Shown here piece after piece: positions 59,488-64,000 of a stretch of 64,000 nucleotides of DNA. This DNA is from Lingula anatina. Lineage: Eukaryota > Animalia > Brachiopoda. The position numbers and the translations under genes are program-made. The notes below the pieces were generated by a model, which did no database searches, was not told the DNA's origin, and saw only the letters and a list, made by a program, of their open reading frames with translations. The stretch is taken from assembly GCA_051362555.1 (NCBI GenBank), contig CM120649.1, positions 6,386,001 to 6,450,000 of the forward strand, in the 5' to 3' direction. Positions within the stretch are counted from its first letter, which is position 1. Each line of letters opens with the position of its first letter.

Positions 59488-61868
59488 TTATACATCAGCA
59501 TCAGCAAAAACATTTCTAAACATTGCAACAGGGTATATGTCAGGTTGCTCCTCTAAAGCACAGCTTTCCTGAAACTCCTTTTTGACAGTAATATTTTCCT
59601 TTGTCTCAGGTGCAATATCTTCAACTTGAAATTCCTTTTTGATAAATTTAGGTGAAACTTCAGTCCCAGGATCTCCATCTTGAAATTCTTTTTTGATAAA
59701 TTTAGGAGAAATTTCAGTCCCAGAATCTTCATCTTGAAATTCCATCTTGAGAGACTGAATGGAAGTCCCTGTTTCGTCCTGCATTAAAGCAGGCTCCTCT
59801 TGATTATATTTACAATGATTCTTTGTCATCTCTAGTGCAGTGTAATTATGCTCGTTTAAAAGATTTTTCCTGATGACATGAGGGCTCTTCCACTCGTGTG
59901 GATTTTTTGAAGCTTGGATCCACTCCTTCTGCACATGATCATATTTGACGTAAAATTTCTCTTCATGCAACTGATGTTTGGCAATTTTCTCTCCAGTGTG
60001 ACACATTTCATGCTGTTTACAATATTTTTTGATGAAGAAACCCTTTTCACAGTACTGGCATTTATATGGCTTTTCACCAGTGTGAGTCCTTTTGTGTCGC
60101 ATGCAATGATAATTTAGAGTAAAACTCTTTTCACAATACTGGCATTTGAATGGTTTTTCTCCAGTGTGAGTCATTTCATGCCGTACACACTGCTGTTTTA
60201 AACTAAATTTCCTTTCACAATACTGGCATTTGAATGGTTTTTTCCCAATGTGAGTCCTTTCATGAGTAATACAGTTGTACTTAGAGGAAAATTCCTTACT
60301 ACAGTACAGGCATTTAAAAGGTTTCTCTCCTGTGTGAGTCCTTTCATGGATTAGTTGTTTGTTCATGCCATTAAACTGTTTGACACAGTACTGGCATTTG
60401 TAGGGTTTCTCTCCAGTGTGATCCCTTTCATGTTTCAAGCACCTGCTGCTGTGAGAAAATCTCATATCACAGAATCTGCATTTGTATGGTTGCTTTTCAC
60501 TGAGAGATTTTTCATGGTTTCTGCGATGCCTTGCCAGAGAAGAAGAGTGTTTGGTCTCAAATTGGCACAAACCACACTTGTACACCTGCCCACTGTGAAT
60601 ATTTGTGCGATTCTTCAGCATATTGGCAGACCCGAAAGATCTGTGACACAAGTTGCGCGTGTGGTTCTTCAAGTGGGCACGTTTTAAATGTTCCCTCAGC
60701 CTCAATGTGGGGAAATTCTTGTTGCAGTTATGACACTGAACATCATCCACTTCTGAACCTCGCACCTTTGAATGTTTTTTCATGCCTTTCCTGGTTGACA
60801 TTTTCTTGTTACAAATCTTGCACAGGAGTTTAGGGCTGCCATGGGATGCCCTCAAGTGATTCTGAAACTTAGTCTGGTGGTGGCAGCCCATTCCACAGTC
60901 TTGACAATAAAGTGGGAAAAGGCCCGAGTGTGTTCTCCTGTGTCTGATCAGTGTAGACTTGGTCTTGTAATGGGACCCACAATCTGGGCACTGGAACGTT
61001 TCTTAAATGAATGTACAAGTAAGAAATGTTAATGTTCAATGATAACTCATTATTATAATATATCTAAAAGTAATCAAAATTAAAGCAGACATTACATAAA
61101 ATAACATAAATATAATTATAATAAGGTTTAACAATTACAAACAATATATCAAAATCCTTTGCAAGTTGAGCAGACTTTACATAATTATAGTTACTGTTGC
61201 TGTAATAGTAATAATAATGTTTTACAATTTCAGACAGAACTTATCAATATCTATCACAAGCAAAGACCCGAGTGCCAAAAATTAGTGAAATTTGGAGACA
61301 CTGAGTTAAACAACTAAAAAGTAACATGTTACTTATTGTAAGCTTCTCAAATGACACAGTTAACTCACCTTTTGGACTAGATATCTTGTTTTTTTCTTCA
61401 ATATCCTCTTCAGACTCCATGCCAAACGGCTGGTTACTGCTGCCAGTCCAATCATAGGAAAACATATCAGCTTCCTCACCTATATAACAAATGACAACCG
61501 AAGAAATTAGTACTTGAGAAGGTTAAGAAGTCTCGTTTGTGATTACAATACATGCAAGTATGGCAGTGTATCAAGTTTGCAGTGTCAGTGATTTCAGCAG
61601 AAAAAAAAAAGACATACTACTCAAAATATCTTGCAGGGTGTTACAACATGTATGAAGAAAAGTGGATTCAATATCAGATGTTTCAATCAATTATTTTTTC
61701 TTCTTTATGGACATATAGCATATATCCCATGTAACACTTTGTGATACAAACCTGTTTCAACCTTGACACCATTGTGCTGCCCTGACACTGTACAGATATC
61801 ACTGCTCTCCATCATCACTTGTAAACCACCGAGGCCAGCCAGTTCAACACCCTTCATGTTGTTATTCC
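59488..61868 (-). CDS. C2H2 zinc-finger protein (about 10 intact and 2-3 degenerate fingers); 5' end uncertain
   Basis: Large terminal exon 61001-59488 (acceptor tttaag, begins ETFQCPDCG). It is preceded by phase-1 exons 61479-61369 and 61868-61752 with canonical splice sites and open frames. TGEKP linkers; C-terminal KKEFQ repeats. Confidence 0.85.
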
Positions 61869-62914
61869 CTAGAAATAAAAATCGCACGATTTACAGCTTG
61901 GACATGTCTTTTACTTTACTGTCATTCTTTGCTAGTGGTTACAAAATGTTGAATTTGACCGAAAATTTCAAACTGTAATTTTCAAGCTGTAATTTTGCAA
62001 TGTGATAGCTACACCATCACAGTTTATCATTTCATCAAAAGGGAAACAGCAGATGCCCTTGTCAGGGCACACAAGAGAGTTGAACAGCTATACCCTCCAA
62101 ATCCAAGACGCGTTACATGGGATCGAGATATATTTGGCACTAAAACTGAAAATCTAATGGAATGTTTTTAGTTTTAGTTTAAATCATAAGGGGGTGTTGT
62201 CTCAATGCTTTAAAACTGGTTTTGAAGAATTCAATCCACATTTTTTTTTTACCTTTGCGATTATTTATTTTTTTTGCACCTCAAATCTCCTCCGGAGGCT
62301 ACGGCCCTGAAGACAGTCAGATTTTAAAGTTTATATTGATGGGTATCTATTTTTTTCTGTTGGAAAACCATCAAAATGGAGGATAGATCAACAAAGATAC
62401 TTTGGAATGCTGTCAGAAAATATATCTGGATCTGCTCCTGTTATTGACCATGTTACCTGTTGGGCATGATTAAAATCAGTGTTGACTGACTGTGCTATTA
62501 TAAGCATTATTTATTATTGCATCAAAATTGACAAAATGACCTATTTTGCATCTTTTTTTCTGTTTTTTTTTTTTTTTTTTTTTTGTCTGTACAATTGACA
62601 GCTTTGCTGCCTTGTTTTGCTTTTATGACAGCATCCTCCTTGCTCAAGCAGCTCCTTTGATTTGTTATTGAGACACAATGATGTCATGAGAATTTGGTTG
62701 GCTGTCTAAATTTAAATTACATTCTTGTTTATTCTTGTTTTATTCTGTATCTTGTATAGCATGTCTATTGCTATATCAGTGTTTTTGCTTTGGTACCATA
62801 TATTAAGTACGGTCACTGTTTTCCATTTACCCATTTTATGTGAGTGATAATGTATTCAAGTGTTGTTAACTTTAAAATATGTGCATCACAACAGTGCAAT
62901 GATGATTATTATTT

Positions 62915-63609
62915 TCATTTCAAACACTGGAACGCACGTTTTCTTTTTTTCCCACTCTGACTGGCACGCCTATATCTACTGGTGGCTGATTTTCGAATAT
63001 GTGCTGAATGCCGTAAATATAATGTTGGAAGCCAGGATGGACTGGTACTGTCATGCAGATAGGCTTTGATACCTAGAAAACCACAAAAACAATTCATTGA
63101 TAATAAAAACCTACATGTATATTTACAAATAGAAATTGTATTGCATAGATATTATATACTAAACTAGTAAAGTAAATGTGGTTAAAATGTGCATTAAGCA
63201 AGAGTTGTGACACAAATTGCCCAGCATAAATTGGATTTAATACATATATTGAGACTGACAGAAAGACTTCACCTGACAGGCAGAACATGCCTAGTTGTCA
63301 CTCGACACTATAATCACACGCTCTCTCTCACACACACACACTATATTTGAGTTTCAAAAAAGACACAAACAAATGAAATATATACGTACCGCCTACAAAG
63401 TGCTTTGAGCAAACAATAGTTCGATCCCATTTCTCCTCCGATGTGATATCTTTCCTGTTTATCGCCTCCTTCCATAACCGTCGCCTTTCCTCAGACAACT
63501 TTTGCGTATCCTCGCCTTGACCTTTGATGATTGTCGGTACTTTATGGAAACTAACACCTTTCTGTGAACTCGGTCTATTGGTACATCCAAATATGCCACA
63601 TATTGGCAT
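62915..63609 (-). CDS. THAP (C2CH) domain module, 2 exons; transposon-derived or N-terminus of the adjacent zinc-finger gene
   Basis: Exon 63609-63390 encodes MPICGIFGC...FHKVP...RRRLWKEAINR...VCSKHF and ends at gtacgt in phase 1. Exon from 63072 reads GIKAYLHDSTSPSWLPTL (AVPT-box equivalent), followed by a basic stretch and TGA at 62917-62915. Confidence 0.8.
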
Positions 63610-63674
63610 GGCTGTACTTTTTGTACATGATAAAAAGCAACAAAATTCGTCACGCTTATATTACACTGTCCTGG

Positions 63675-63725
63675 GTATAAAAATGGCGGGCACCGGAAGT
63701 CCGCACAAACGGATGACGTAAGGAA
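63675..63725. promoter_or_regulatory. Promoter-like motif cluster upstream of the THAP ATG (YY1-like AAAATGGCG, ETS CCGGAAGT, ATF-like ATGACGTAA)
   Basis: Three consensus-like motifs within 45 bp, 70-110 bp upstream of the ATG at 63609. Confidence 0.5.
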
Positions 63726-63877
63726 AAAACAATTGAATGGATACATACTACTAACTTGAGGAGCCTGATTAAAAAATATTTCCCTAAATGTTCACAATTT
63801 TTTTTTTTATATATTTAAAAGAATATATATAGGTAGGCTATTTCCTCTTTCTTAATATCTGTATATAGGTGTAGAAT

Positions 63878-64000
63878 TAGGGGCGGATCCATGATTATTT
63901 GAAGGGGGTGGGGGGTCCGCGGATGCAAATCCGCGCCCTCCCCCTCCCTTCATTGTCGTGGGGTTTGGGCCCCCGAAAAATGTGGAAATTCAAATTGTGT
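63878..64000. mobile_element. Left end of a hAT-like MITE (runs off the window)
   Basis: TAGGGGCGGATCC start followed by G-runs and gaaaatt motifs typical of short hAT-type elements; the right end is not visible. Confidence 0.45.

Overview
AT-rich animal genomic DNA with spliceosomal introns. A beta-class carbonic anhydrase points to an invertebrate; a mollusc or other lophotrochozoan is a guess only. I reconstructed exon chains by hand for seven gene models: a 19-finger C2H2 gene (+), an 11-exon clan-2 (CYP17-like) P450 (-) head-to-head with a 4-exon beta-carbonic anhydrase (+), a 71-aa signal-peptide/transmembrane microprotein (+), a 10-exon probably GPI-anchored MMP (+), an 11-exon alkaline ceramidase ACER3 (-) with a GC-AG intron, and a second C2H2 gene (-) downstream of a THAP module. 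The centre (about 20.9-42.7 kb) is an old tandem duplication with breakpoints in the microprotein intron and in MMP intron 3. The upstream copy keeps MMP exons 1-3 open, in frame and with intact splice sites. It has lost the cysteine-switch Cys but kept the furin site, and it is phase-compatible with the catalytic exon of the intact MMP. Comparing the two copies also reveals filled and empty transposon sites and TA-centred excision footprints (TAGGCCTA, TACATGTA, TACAGTA). The intact MMP has a compact CRE-CArG-kB-AP1-TATA promoter. Many non-autonomous DNA transposons are present. All calls come from manual reading; no searches were run.
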